64,000 bases of DNA. Origin: Octopus vulgaris (lineage: Eukaryota). The notes below the pieces were generated by a model, which worked only from the letters and a program-made list of their open reading frames with translations, was not told the origin of the DNA and searched no databases. Of this stretch, positions 1 to 12,890 are shown piece after piece; position 1 is the first letter of the stretch; every line of letters begins with the position of its first letter. The DNA lies in assembly GCA_951406725.2 (NCBI GenBank), contig OX597823.1:101060001-101124000 (forward strand), in the 5' to 3' direction. A program made the position numbers and the translations under genes.

Positions 1-144
1 ATCATCATAGGTTGCTGTTTATATTGTTGCTGCAACAATCTATAATCATTAGGTTTTTTTAATACTCATCAAGTTCGGTTCAATTTTAGACTTCAGACTA
101 ATTATGTTTCTCTAAGGTTGGCTTTCTTCTTCATAGATATACCT

Positions 145-356
145 ATTTCTTTACTACCCACAAGGGGTTAAACACAGAGAGGACAAACAAAGACAGACAG
201 ATGGATTAAGTCAATTATATCGACCCCAGTGCATAACTGGTACTTATTTAATCGACCCCGTCAACCTCGGCAGAATTTGAACTCAGAACGTAGCGGCAGA
301 TGAAATGCCGCTAAGCATTTTGCCTGGCATGCTAACGATTCAGCCAGCTTGCCACC
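145..356 (-). mobile_element. tRNA-derived SINE family A (Meta-domain-like core), with TSD CTTCATAGATAT
   Basis: Matches copies at 10906, 13135 and 60784. Has A/B-box-like head, GGGGTCGAT core and a flanking 12-bp direct repeat. Several CpGs have decayed. Confidence 0.85.
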
Positions 357-1105
357 TTCATAGATATTCCTGTTTTTGTCACCAAGATTTTACTGTAATT
401 CCTTGTCTTATTTACCATGTGCACCTCACCAAAACCAAAGCCTGATTGCAATGTGTCATAGGCTTCATCTAAGCCCTTAAGTTAATGTAACTTGAACGCA
501 GATCCTTATTATTTCCATCATTTATAAAAAGAGAAAAATTAGTTTTATATATCAACCAAAAGCAAAGCTCCCCATGAGCTTGAAAACTGAAACTGTCACA
601 ATAAACATAGATCAAGGTAAACAATGGCATTTTGTATTCTACCATTATTTTCTCAAGTGGTTCCTTCAACTTGTTAGTTAATGTGTCCAAACATTAGTGA
701 AGTAGCAATTTATTATTTCCTAATTTCTATTATTAAATATAATTACATGGATTAGTGGATTTAGTGCATAAATTTGGTCCGTTGCTCTTCTGAGTTCAGT
801 TTGATTTCTGTTTCCCCAGGGGTTTGACTCCAGTTAAAATATCAAGTACAAAATAGTGTGGCTTATACACAAATAAATGCAGTCATTTTTAATTAGTAAA
901 TATTCCTTTAAATTAATAAGTACAATAGCCTTTTAATTATTAGGTTAATAAAATAATAATACTTCTTAATTAATATGTACAATGGGTTTTTTTATTACTA
1001 GATAAATGTTTCAAACTTACATTTTTATAAAAAAAAAAAGACATAGAAAACTCCTTTCAATTAATAAATACAGCAACTCTTTAACCACAAGGTTAATAAC
1101 TTCTT

Positions 1106-1570
1106 TAACCCTTTATCATTCAGATTATTCATCAAATGTTATGCTAATTTATTCATTGTTTTGAATTAATCATGCATAACCTCTGGCTGCCATGCAGGTA
1201 ATATGTAAAAAGCACCTTTTGAGCGGAGTCGTTGCCAGAACCACCAGTCTGGCGCTTGTGCCAGTGGCACGTAAAAGCACCCACTACACTCTCGGAGTGG
1301 TTGGCATTAGGAAGGGCATCCAGCTGTAGAAATTTTGCCTGATCAGACTGAGCCTGGTGCAGCCTTCTGGCTTGCCAGTCCTCAGTCAAACCGTCCAACT
1401 CATGCCAGCATGGAAAGTGGACGTTAAACGACAACGATGATGATGAATCTCATAGCTTCAAGATTTTGATGATCATTATCAGTTTTAGAATGATATTGTA
1501 GAGTAGGTGTGAGAGGCCAGATCTGGCTGGTCTGAGCAGAAAATAGGTAGAATAAATGCTAATGGGTTAA
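1106..1570. mobile_element. TTAA-flanked piggyBac-like MITE interrupted by a (GAT)n-tailed SINE-like element (about 1180-1446, +)
   Basis: Ends TTAA-CCCTTTA ... TAATGGG-TTAA. The internal insert matches the (GAT)n family. Confidence 0.55.
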
Positions 1571-1695
1571 TTTTTAATTTACAAATACCCCCTACTTTCC
1601 CTCTCGTGTGTGACCCTTCTGTCTGAAGTCAGTCGCCATGATAGATCGTTAGCCACTACACATATCTTTTTTCTCTCCTTGTTTTTTCTGTATCC

Positions 1696-1731
1696 CTTTC
1701 TGTAGAAGAGCGTAGGCTCAAAACGTAAAAG
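1696..1731 (+). ncRNA. Decayed minimal hammerhead-like motif in a probable PLE pLTR remnant
   Basis: cttt-CTGTAGA-A-GAGC(GTAG)GCTC-AAAA-CG-TA-aaag: stems I, II and III are present, with core substitutions at A6 and G12. Confidence 0.4.
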
Positions 1732-4010
1732 ACTTTCTATTCCTGAGCGTTATACTAATACATCTGTTTGTCTTGGTCTTTTGTTTTTTTCGTAAGCTCT
1801 CCCTATAAATACAATATCCTTTTCAAGTAATAACTACAATGGCTGTTTAATTACTTATTAATAAAAGTAAATTATCTTAAATTTTTAATTAATAAATACA
1901 AGATTGTTTTCATTAACCAGTAAAATACCCTTTTAATTACAGACATTTATTTCTTAAACCCTTAGGGAAGATGGGCTGTGTTGATGTTGGTGAACTCAGA
2001 AACTCAAAGTACCAAAGCAAGAATCTCAATCACTAGGTTCAATTCAGTGCCACAGGTAATATCTTTACCGTTATTGCTCAGTGCAAACTATCTGCTATTT
2101 CAAAAGACAAAAGGCTTTTTGCAAAGGTGTCTAGATTAGGAATAGTGAATCAAGGGTCCATCTGAAGTGAGAGTACAACTTGCCTGTGGAGCATCACTCT
2201 AATTTAGTATAACTGGGATTTGATAGGAACTTTGTGGGACTCATACTGATACACCTCCGCTTGAGATCAAAGCCTATAAAAAAGATATGTGGAAAAGAAC
2301 ATTACTTCAGGAAGCATTCTGAGAAAATGTTTCTGTCGTGCATCATAAATGGTAAAAACACGAAGCTCCTTCTATGAGGTGATGCCTATTAGAAAGGTGA
2401 TGAGAGAGAAAAAAATATACATAGAGAGCCTGCAAACAATAGATAGATAAAGAGATAAATAGAGATAGAGGGGTGAAGAGGGAGGGAATGAAATAGACAA
2501 CTAAATAATTTGCATTTTCATAAAGTAGAGTTTCGGCATGGCAGCATTTTATCTGCAAATAATTCAAATAGCAGCAAACATTGGCTTAAATTTCTACTAA
2601 CTTGGAGAGAAATGATTTATTTTTCTGACTGTGATAACATGTTGCACAGTGATTTGCATTTTGGGTTCACAGCAGTTGGGTTATGGGTTCAATTCTTGAA
2701 CCAGTTGGCACGATGGCAAGACATTTCAGTTTTTACTGAAAATGAGAATAAGTGACCACTGGTTGGGTTAATCTTGTGATGGGCCAGTGTACTTTCAGTC
2801 ATTTGAATACCACAGAAACTGAGACAAGCTCTGGTCTCATAGGCATGGAGTCTTGCAATAGACGTTAACTTGTGGCAGTATGGTTAAGAAGCTTGTACTT
2901 TTGGGTTCAATCCCATTGAACAGCACCTTGGGCAAGTATCTTCTAATAGTTCAGGGCCAACCTATGTCTTGTGAATGGATTTGGCAGATGGAAACCAAAA
3001 AAAGTCCATCATATATAAATATATATGCATATGTATGTGTGTGCATCTGTGTTTATATGTTTGTGTATGCCTTTGTCTAGGACATCACATGCTGGTTGTA
3101 AACGAGTATCATTATCAACAAGTGAGGTTGCTCTTTTACTATTTTCAGTGAAAAACATGTCTGGGAAAATATTAACTCGCTCGGAAACAGGTGAAGGTTG
3201 ATGACAGGAAGGGCATCCAGCTGTAGAAAATCTGTCTCAACAGTTGTTATCTGACACATGGAAACAGGGACATTAAATGAAAATGATGATGAAAATTGGA
3301 TATTATTAAGGATGCATGTATAAGTGATTCAAAACCAGTATATTACTGGTATAGTAATTATCAATCTGTAATGGATAAGAACAGTGTTAACTATGGCAGA
3401 ACTATGAACTCAGGATGTAGAAAGATTTTAATTAAACATTGAAGCATTCAGTCTGGTGAATTAAATCTGCCAATAGTTTGTCAGTTTTACTGGAAGAAGT
3501 GAAGGAAAGAGATGAAATGAAAGACGAAAAAGCAAAGGAAGAAGACGAAGTAGAAAGGAGAAGTGAAAGAAGTAGTGGAGAAAGAAATGAAAGATGAGAA
3601 AGAAGCAGTAAAAGAAGTTGAAGAAGGAGGAAGAAATCAAAGGAAGTAGAAGGAAAAAATAGAGAGGAAGGAGAAGAGATGAAAAAGATGAAAAAAATTG
3701 CAAAGACAAGTACAACTTTGGTAAATAATCTAAGAGAATGGAACATCATTGAAATCATGATTAGATAAAGAAAGTAACAACAAGGGCAAGGTATTCTGAA
3801 AAATATAGTTATTTCATAAAAATATTGAAATATAAAAAATTACAAATGAAAAAAAAGACATTATTGAAAAAGTTTACATTTAAAAATACAATTTAAAAAT
3901 TTCTCTTGAATATTTCATAGTTAAATAGCTATAATAATATTATATAGCTGAATAACTGTATAGAATATGTAATATACAAGAATTGTATTGTATCAAAATA
4001 TTATACATAC

Positions 4011-4052
<42 letters not shown>

Positions 4053-4138
4053 GTGTTTATATGGAATATATGTATTTATGCATATGTTCAGAAACCAATA
4101 AACAAGAGTGAAAGGAGCAAGAGGGAGCATGTGGAGAA

Positions 4139-4142
<4 letters not shown>

Positions 4143-4227
<85 letters not shown>

Positions 4228-4243
4228 TGTGTGTGTGTGTGTG
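4143..4243. repeat. (GA)n-(GT)n microsatellite, one of dozens of (TA)n/(CA)n/(GA)n/(TATG)n/(AAT)n tracts in the window
   Basis: Read directly from the sequence. Confidence 0.95.
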
Positions 4244-5200
4244 CATGTATAGAGAAGTGTTATCACTATTACTGAGATACAGATACATTAAGTAAATAAC
4301 AAACACATGTTGCTGTATGATGAAGAACTGGAAAGAGCAGTCAACATATCACTGCAAACAACAGAACAAAAAAAATATAACAATATTAATGTTAGTCTTG
4401 CTAGCTAATGTTTTTATATGTCCTTGTAATTCCATTTTAATGTTAGTAATAATATATTAAAGAAATTCAAAACTTGATATCGAGAAAGTAAATGAAAATA
4501 ATGTTGGCCCAGTGATTGAAAAGGTGACTCTACACAACAAGTATGTATGTATGTATAGATAGATATAGGCAGGTAAGTTTGAAGTGTCAGTTTTGTTATT
4601 AGAAATACATGTGAGTGAATAGTTTTTTTTAAAACAATGTATGCAAATAATAATAATAATAATAATAATAACAATAATAATAATCATAATAATAATAATA
4701 ATGGTTTTTTTAAAACAATGTATGTGCATGAGTGAGTTTCAAATATGTATTCAAATTTATGTCACTTTGTCAAACTAACAATCGGTTCTGCTTTCTCTGT
4801 GTCCATTCATCCATTCATGCAACCATCTATGAATTGATCAATCTATCAGTAACATCCTTTGCTGACCTACATGTCATACCCTATACCCATAAAGCAATTT
4901 CTAGCTCAAAAGGCACCTGGTTAGCAGCATGATTTAAAGCAGAGAGTTAAGAGTCAAAGTGTGAGGGCACTTTTATAGGATTACGGATATATTTAGGGCA
5001 GCTTGTTTTTTTTTATGAGGTATAATTAGCTTTTATGACTGCTTTTCTTTCCCCCAACACACATCCTCTCTTTCATTGGGTAATCTGCTGGTCCTTCTGT
5101 ATGGAATCTGGCTCCAATAAGACGATACAAAAATATAAAAGAGTGAAAGAAAACCTTTGTGGATGTGAGGAAAGATGCATATGTAAGCATGTTGTATAGT

Positions 5201-5243
<43 letters not shown>

Positions 5244-6196
5244 AACAGAACAGTAGAAGAAAGGTAATACATAAATCAAAGGAGAAAATGAATAGTTCTG
5301 AAGAAGATAAATTTGAGGATACAACTGTACATTTATGTGTGAATATGTCAGTGTGTGTGTAAAATGAAAAGCAGGTGTGAGGGAGAAAGGGTAGGAGAGA
5401 TATTTGAGAGAATACACGTGTCTATGTCCGCTTAAGAAATACAATGAGTGGTGGTGGGGAGAGTGGGAGGAGTCAGAAAGTTGCTTGTAACTAAGAAGCT
5501 CAACTAAATTATGTACATAAATTATTTTGTACATCAATGCTTATGTGAAAGTGTCATAGTATATGAGCAAGTGAGCAGATCTATCTATACATGCTTATTT
5601 TCCTAGAGTGCAAACAAATGATGGATAAGGAGGCTCTTATTAATCCTGGAAGAGAACACGTATTGTTCAAGCTAATCTTATTTCATGTCTATATCTAAAA
5701 TTCTTATCAATTAGTTGAGAGACTTTCACAGAAATGGTATATTTGAATGGTTTTTAAGTATCAAAAGCATTCTAATGTTTTTTAAATCTAAAAGGAGTGT
5801 TTTAATGGTTTATAAGTCTAACTAGGATATTTTAATGCTTTGTTGTTGGAGATAATTTTACAATAAATTATTTTAAAATTAATAAAAATTTGTTAAACAT
5901 TGTTGTCTCTCCCAAAGCAAGTCCTGATAGTGTAGATCTACCATCAAAATGACTTACCATCTGTGACCATTTCCTCTTTTATTTTTTCCGGCATAATATA
6001 TTTACAACAGCCCCCTCCAATGTCTTTTTAAAGACAGTAATATGTGATATGAGGGGGATTTATCTGCTATCTCAAGCAGATTGGACAACCACATAAAAGC
6101 TTACTTTGCTATCTTGTGCTAAACGTGCACGTGTTCAGCAGTGAAATGACAGAACTAGACACTGCAAGTATGTTTATGTGCTTCAGTAGAAGTAGC

Positions 6197-6283
6197 TTAA
6201 CCACCACAGCAGTGTAATTTAACCACCACAGCAGTGTAATTTAACCACCACAGCAGTGTAATTTAACCACCACAGCAGTGTAA
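6197..6283. repeat. Minisatellite, 4 x 22 bp TTAACCACCACAGCAGTGTAAT
   Basis: Four near-perfect tandem copies. Confidence 0.95.
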
Positions 6284-6629
6284 CTTAGTTATCAAGGCAA
6301 TATAAAATGACCAGAGTAATGAAACTTTGGTATTAGAGAAATGTTAGTTAACTCCTTTGGCAGTTTAACTCAGCTACCAAAGTAGTGTATCTTAGCTACT
6401 AGGGCAGAGTCCTAGACATGAAATCTTAGTAACTTATATCCCAGACAAACAACATTTAGAAGTTGCTGTTAATTGCAGAACAGATAATTCTAGAAAATAC
6501 ATAAGTACCTAACATCTACTTAACAGGTAATTCTAGAAAATATATTACCAAATGTGGTATTTGAATAACCAGGTCTTCATACAAACATTGTTTGTTTGTT
6601 TGTAGCAACTTCTGTCAGTCAAATATGAA

Positions 6630-6729
6630 NNNNNNNNNNNNNNNNNNNNNNNNNNNNNNNNNNNNNNNNNNNNNNNNNNNNNNNNNNNNNNNNNNNNNNN
6701 NNNNNNNNNNNNNNNNNNNNNNNNNNNNN
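6630..6729. other. Assembly gap (100 N)
   Basis: Run of n. Confidence 0.99.
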
Positions 6730-7166
6730 TATATATATAGACGTTTTTACTCAGTATTTTTACAATCTTTTAGGTTTTTTGGGCGTATGTATAATCATTT
6801 TCTTTGTGTATGCGTGTGTGTATATGAGTTTGTATATATAGGCGTATACATTTGGCGAAAAATGCGAGTGAAGATGTGTACGTTTTCATAGTGACGTATA
6901 CGTACTCATGTGGGTGTGAGTAGGCATGCTTACGTGTTTACTATGAACTTTTAACCTTTTTTTAATTAGCGGTCATTGGATTAGCGCTATTATATAAGTA
7001 GCGGAATTATAACACAGTAGTTTCCTTTGTATAACGCTCTTTTTTCATAGCGTTTTTTCAGATGGCCAGATAACCGAAGAGATGGTGTTGTGGATTTCCA
7101 CCTCGGCATCCGAAACTCAGAGTGTTATCTTAGCTATTGAATAATTGTCACATACTATTTTACAGC

Positions 7167-7170
<4 letters not shown>
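6730..7170 (+). mobile_element. PLE 3' UTR/pLTR copy, truncated by the gap, with hammerhead-like motif at 7068-7130
   Basis: Inverted homologue of 7260-7830. Motif: agataa-CCGAAGA-gatg...catc-c-GAAA-ctcagag-TG-ttatct. Confidence 0.6.
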
Positions 7171-7200
<30 letters not shown>

Positions 7201-7204
7201 CCTG

Positions 7205-8131
7205 TTAGTACACGTACTGCGTTGATCTCTTAGAGAAATAGAATAGGAAATTTATCTATAAAATAATATGTTACATTACTCAATAGTCAAGATAAAATCT
7301 CTGAGTTTCAGATGCCGAAGTGGAAATCCACAACACCATCTCTTCGGTTATCTGGCTATCTGAAAAACGCTATGAAAAAATACCGTTATATAAAGGGAAA
7401 TTACTGTATTATAATTCTGCTCGCGAACCCACGTGCGTACTTATACGTCACTATGAAAACGTACACATCTTCACTCGCATTTTTCGCCAAATATATACGC
7501 ATATATATACAACCTCATACACACACACATGCGTACCGTAAAAGTTCATACATACGTCTATATACGCACAAACACAAGAAAAATCATGGTTAAAGATAAC
7601 AGAAAAAAACATAACAGAAACAAAAGTATACAAAGCATAAAAACCACGTACATATATGGATAAGCTCCTATGCACTCATACACACACACGCCCATATATG
7701 TACATACCCGCACATATTTATATACGCATACATACACACGCATATACAAAAATTGAATATACATATGTCCCCCCCAAAAAAAAATTTTGAAAAATACTAA
7801 GTAAAAACGTCTATATATATATGTGTGCATTCTTATGCCTGCACACACGCACACATCTAAAAACTGCCCACTCATACATATTCACACACGTGTACAAACA
7901 AATCTATATACACGTCTATATAGGCACAGGAAAAAATGCAGGATAGAAAAGTACAGAAAAAAATTATTATGTGTGAAAATATAAAAATATATGAAATAAT
8001 AAAAGGTATAATGAGATAAAAAACTTTTTGGGACATAACATAGAAAGCATGTTCTATCTGTTTTCTTTAGGGGACCAAAAACGTAACAAAAATTTAGTCA
8101 CATGTGGGCATGATCCGAAAAGTTCTGTCCT
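7205..8131 (-). mobile_element. 3' end of a Penelope-like element (GIY-YIG C-terminus, 3' UTR, hammerhead-like motif at 7290-7353)
   Basis: Minus strand 8131-8054 reads RTELFGSCPHVTKFLLRFWSPKENR*, like the RSEL..CRH..KF ending of the PLE at 36023. Confidence 0.65.
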
Positions 8132-8138
8132 ATATATA

Positions 8139-8423
8139 TAGGGTGCAGTGAATTAACTGTCGTCTAAATTGCGCAAAAATGAAAATAACACTGACATCTC
8201 ATTTTAACACATATATTTACCAAAATTACACAAAAGTATCTTGAAATACTAGAGTAAATTTGTTCAATAAAATTGCCATTGGCTTCAAACACAGCCTCCA
8301 GAATCTCTTGCAACTCTTTTGGATGATCTCTTTGTTTAAGTTGGTGAATGCTGCCATAATCCTTGTCTTCATCTTTGGTGTTACAAGGAGTTTTAGTGGT
8401 CTCTCACTCAACTGCACCCCACA
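8139..8423 (-). mobile_element. Tc1/mariner (maT/DD37D-like) 3' fragment with terminus
   Basis: Frameshifted WGAVE.ETTKTPCNTKD..RIMAAFTNLNKEIIQKSCKRF..EAVFEANGNFIE, ending next to (TA)n. Confidence 0.7.
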
Positions 8424-10905
8424 ATAATAAATTTATACTCTACAAAAGTACAGAGTAACCCACCAGATTAATGTAAAATTGTTTTTATGATAACTGAACA
8501 TAAAAACAAACAATATATATATATATATATGGAGAGAGAGAGAGAGAACATGAAATAATTCTTGTTTTTTGGAGCAGTGAATCTCAAATCACATAAAGCT
8601 ATAAATAATAGCATGTAAATATTTGGTTGAAAACCCCTTTTGGATAGAAAAAGTTGAAGGCTGCTCATCATGTCTACAGGAAATGTGGGTTCATGTTCCA
8701 TAGGCAGCTTTCAACCGTTTCTATCCAAAATAGTTTTTTTAACCAGATACCTACCCACTATTATTTACAGCTTTATGTGTTCCAAGAAAAGAAAAAGATA
8801 TATAAAAAATGTTTCAGTTAAGGCAAAAATATTTTTAAATGATTGTTTTAGCTGAGATATTATTAGTACCATAGGAATGCAGTCTGTTATCCTCATCATT
8901 TTTATTTTGTAAAACATTATGGAGATCAAAACATTCAATATTTAGTGTTATACAAAACAGTAAAAATGAGGTTAATAGTCCAAACAGTTATTACATCATC
9001 AAAATCCATTTTTTTACACCCTCCCTGCAAACTTCCTTTATATTTTTTGTCTTTTCTTTTCACTTTAAGCTCAACAGTGAAAATGGTTGAACATAGGAAC
9101 ATAAACATAAAATGAGTGGTATTGTAGAGGTGGAAGTTGAATTTAGTATCCCACTATAATATTATGAATGAATTGCTGAGAAAATAAGAAGGTCTCTCAG
9201 CAGTTGTTTGATCTGTTGGCAACATCAGTCAAGACTATTAAAAAGGTTGCAAGATGCAACGAAAAGTTTAGGAAAATAAAAATAAGAAATAAGTGGAAAT
9301 TTTACCGGTGAGTGTGTTACATTATGAGGCATAAAAAGAAAATGACTCTCCCCAGACACAACAAAACATCAGTCAAATTTTCCTTTTAAAAAGAGACCTC
9401 AATGGATAATATAGTCCAAAGTGCCAGGATGAGTTTACATGGCTAAAGGGGTGCATGGTGGTGGTGTTAAACTGAATGTAGATGTAATCCATCCCTCATG
9501 AGTTTTCTGAGGGAATATTTTATTTTACATCCAGATACTTTTCCTGCCATCAACACTTTTAGTCACCTCTAATGACATGCAGAAATGTGGTGTACTTGAT
9601 AAATGTACTTATTAATATTTTCATAATTTAGGTAAGTAATGCTTACAGTGGATTTTTTTTCTTAAATGTCATGAAATTAATCATTCAAGTAACATGATTA
9701 TATAATTTTCATTAGATATTTACTCATAGAGTTTGAACTTTGCTTCAGCACGCCTATCTTAAATACTTAAGAGTAATAACCATTAAAAGTGCTGTGGATA
9801 GCTATGTGGTGTGTTGAATGGGTCAATTCATTTACAACATACTTGACAGAGAGAATAGTACAACACAAATGCCATTATACAGTGCCATCAGCAACTGTAG
9901 TGTTGTAAATACAATTTTAGTTAGTAATCTTTATGATTGTTACTAATAAATGTGAACTGGAAACTTAAAGCCATTGCTAATGAGATGTTTTTATCAAGAA
10001 TAGTTATATATGTTAGATATTATACAGTAATAGATAGCAATATTCTGCTGGTCATAAGATGTGTTTGAGTGTTATGCTTAACTAGGGAAAGAAACTGAAG
10101 TGTCAAATAAATTCTTTAGTGACAAACTTGATCTGTTGCCTGGGTTAACACCATCACCTGGTCCTTAGGTGCTTTTAGTGAAACCCACTACGTTGCAAGT
10201 ATTTACACAAAGCATCTAAAGATATCTTATTCCCCCCCCCTTCCATTAGTTTGTAGGCCTGAGTAAAGAGTCTATGATTAGTCTAAACACTTCAAGGAAG
10301 TGCTCCAACATGGCCGCTGTTGAAACAAATAGAGATTGAAAAAAAATAAAAAGATAAAGTGCATTATGCTTTAAACTACCTTAACTAGGAAATGAAACTG
10401 AAGACATAATCAACATTATGAATCAACAATGTTATGAAGATTTATAAGTTTATATATCAAGATAGAAATATTGATAGAAGTCAATTCAGCAAAAATCAAA
10501 ACTTATTTACTAAGTTTTGTTTATAACACAGCACTATAAGCAGCTGTGGTATTTAAACAAATGTTAACTAGGTTTAATTAACTGTACTAAAATAGGATCA
10601 TAAATGTTTCAGTCCTTTCTAGAAACCATCAAGATATTATTAAGTGATATTGAGCCAAGGAGAAAGCCTATTCCATTGTAACTTGCTGAACATAGCAGCC
10701 ATATCTCCTTCAAATGATAGCTTACTGTCTGAGAAGAAGAAAAGAGCAAATGACATAACTTGGTCTAGGACACTGTTTGAAGAAATATATAAATAAAAGG
10801 CAGGCACGAACCTGGCTGGCTGGTTATGAAGTTTACTTCTCAACTACAAGATTTGAGGCTCCATCTCAGTGTGGAACACCACCACACACCTCCGTCCCCA
10901 TATAT

Positions 10906-11135
10906 ATTTCTTTACTGCCCACAAGGGGCTAAACATGGAGGGGACAAAGAAGGACAGACAAAGGGATTAAGTCGATTACATCGACCCCAGTGCGTAACTG
11001 GTACTTTATTTATTGACCCCGAAAGGATGAAAGGCAAAGTCGACCTCGGCGGAATTTGAACTTAGAACGTAACGACGGATGAAATACCACTAAGCATTTC
11101 ACCCGGCGCGCTAACGTTTCTGCCAGCTCGCCGCC
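10906..11135 (-). mobile_element. SINE family A, young full-length copy with about 15-bp TSD
   Basis: CpGs retained. Flanks are ctccgtccccatata and ctccatccccatata. Confidence 0.9.
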
Positions 11136-11458
11136 TTTTCTCCATCCCCATATAACTACCATTCCTACCTTTATTTCGATCACCTTCCCCTCCTTCCCAC
11201 CAAATGCACAGAGAAATAGCCACATAACTCGCTTGACCTTCATACTGGTAAAAGGGGAAAAACATCCATCTGTGGTACATCCACTAATGTTATATCCCAT
11301 GAAGAAATGAATCCATGATTATGATCAACCTGATGCCCACAGATACAACAGACTACACTGTAATCATCCCAGGAATATGGACTGTGATCTTAAGAGTCCT
11401 GTGATTTGAGAAAACGCATCTAGTAGTGCATTAAATGTTTATAAATTCCATCCTATTA

Positions 11459-11497
<39 letters not shown>

Positions 11498-11551
11498 TCA
11501 TCCTACATTATATTGGTACAACTTGATACAACCCTGAAAAAACTGGCTCAC

Positions 11552-11639
11552 TACTCAGTATCATTAGAAGGTGACTGGCATAATTGAATAGGAGCTTTAT
11601 TTGCATGTTCAAAATGTTTGCAAATGAAAATGGAATACT
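11552..11639 (-). CDS. Candidate coding exon (88 nt, phase 1-2, or terminal with TAG): (K)YSIFICKHFEHANKAPIQLCQSPSNDTE
   Basis: Acceptor atttcttgcatccactgcag|AG in the required phase 1, open frame. It ends either at TA|GTGAGC or reads into TAG. Confidence 0.4.
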
Positions 11640-11954
11640 CTGCAGTGGATGCAAGAAATATTTAAATTTGTGAAAAATTAGAGTTCAAAAATTCAAAAAA
11701 GTTCAGAAATGAAAATTATAGGAAATTTATAGGAACATGAATTTATAAAAAAATTTCCAGACAGTCAAGCCCTTAAATAATTGCTTTCTTTTAATACTTT
11801 TAGTAACTGTTACATAATTAATAAGTAGCTTTCTCCATTGTAATATATATTTCTTGAGTGCACAAGAGTTGAAGTTTTGAAGTCCCTTCATAATCTCTCC
11901 TGCCAAATGGTTGACTGGCAGAGAAATGTTAAACTGAAATACTTGGGCACTTAC

Positions 11955-12115
11955 TGAAGGACTTCTGAAACCTATCCGAGTCTCTCTTGAGTCTCAAAAG
12001 ATTAATTTTTCTGGTAACATTTACATCTACTGTAAACAATGTATCTTCTAACTCAGTGAGTTCATTATTTTCAAGATGGGAAGACCAGTGGAAAATAAAA
12101 AAAAATATACCATAT
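11955..12115 (-). CDS. Coding exon (161 nt, phase 2-1): YGIFFFIFHWSSHLENNELTELEDTLFTVDVNVTRKINLLRLKRDSDRFQKSF
   Basis: Acceptor tgtgtcttggcag|A in phase with the previous exon, donor TCA|GTAAGT, open frame. The 5' boundary is uncertain (see findings). Confidence 0.65.
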
Positions 12116-12448
12116 CTGCCAAGACACAGTAGCCTAGGGTAGTTTTTCTACATGGTCGACTCCTCAATCATCTAACACATGCATGCATGGAATATGGATG
12201 TTAAACGATGATGATGATGTGAAAGCAGTTAAGGGTTGGTGACCACAAGAGCATCTAGTTGTAGAATATTGCCTCAATGAGTCATATCCAATTCATACCA
12301 GTAAGGCAAAAGTGAAAGTAAAAATGAAGACAGCAATAATGATGAAAATGATGATGATAGCCATAACTATAATATCTTTGATTACAGATCTGCTTAGTCA
12401 GTGATTGGTCTGGGGCTATACAACAACAACAACTGAAATACTACTTAC

Positions 12449-12604
12449 CGTTTCTTTGGCAATACATTAGCCAGCTTGAGGTTTGATTCTACTAAGTTTG
12501 GTTCATCTTTCTTGGGTTTCACCAAATTATAGAGAATGTTCTGATTCCTCTGAAGTTCAGATACTTTAGCCACTACAAGGCCTATAGAGCTGCCATGTTG
12601 GTGA
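12449..12604 (-). CDS. Coding exon (156 nt, phase 2-2): (S)HQHGSSIGLVVAKVSELQRNQNILYNLVKPKKDEPNLVESNLKLANVLPKK(R)
   Basis: Acceptor (T)n-cccttgctag|T, donor CG|GTAAGTAG, open frame across unique non-repetitive sequence. Confidence 0.75.
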
Positions 12605-12890
12605 CTAGCAAGGGAAAAAAAAAAAGAATCAAAATGTTACAAATATTAGTGGGTTTGTTTAAACATTTTAAAATTGTTGCAACCATAATTAATGTAATGA
12701 TTCCAAAAAAACAAATATCTCCATAAAGGCCCATGTATAATATCCAATCATATATAGCACACACATCTTGATTTTGGGACCAAAATTGTCTTAAAATCCT
12801 ATAATAACTTGCACTTTTCACTGCTGTTATAAGATTAGTTAATCTACTATAATCCAATATATTAGTTTTTAATATTTCATTTTATATTTA

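Noticed and set aside
430-476. Possible minus-strand exon GLDEAYDTLQSGFGF ending at G|GTGAGG
   Set aside because: Weak acceptor, and it cannot be linked in phase with confidence. Left unannotated pending RNA data.
2068-2385. Strong minus-strand acceptors at 2385 and 2273, with a possible donor near 2068
   Set aside because: All frames stop within about 35 codons. It could be a terminal or UTR exon, but the sequence alone cannot support this.
3490-3715. Glu/Lys-rich-looking purine tract and its antisense Ser/Phe/Leu ORFs
   Set aside because: Low-complexity (GAA-like) decay with an internal stop and no splice signals.
4289-5110. Candidate downstream exons after acceptors near 4351 and 5107
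   Set aside because: Short frames, no convincing donors, and mutually exclusive options.
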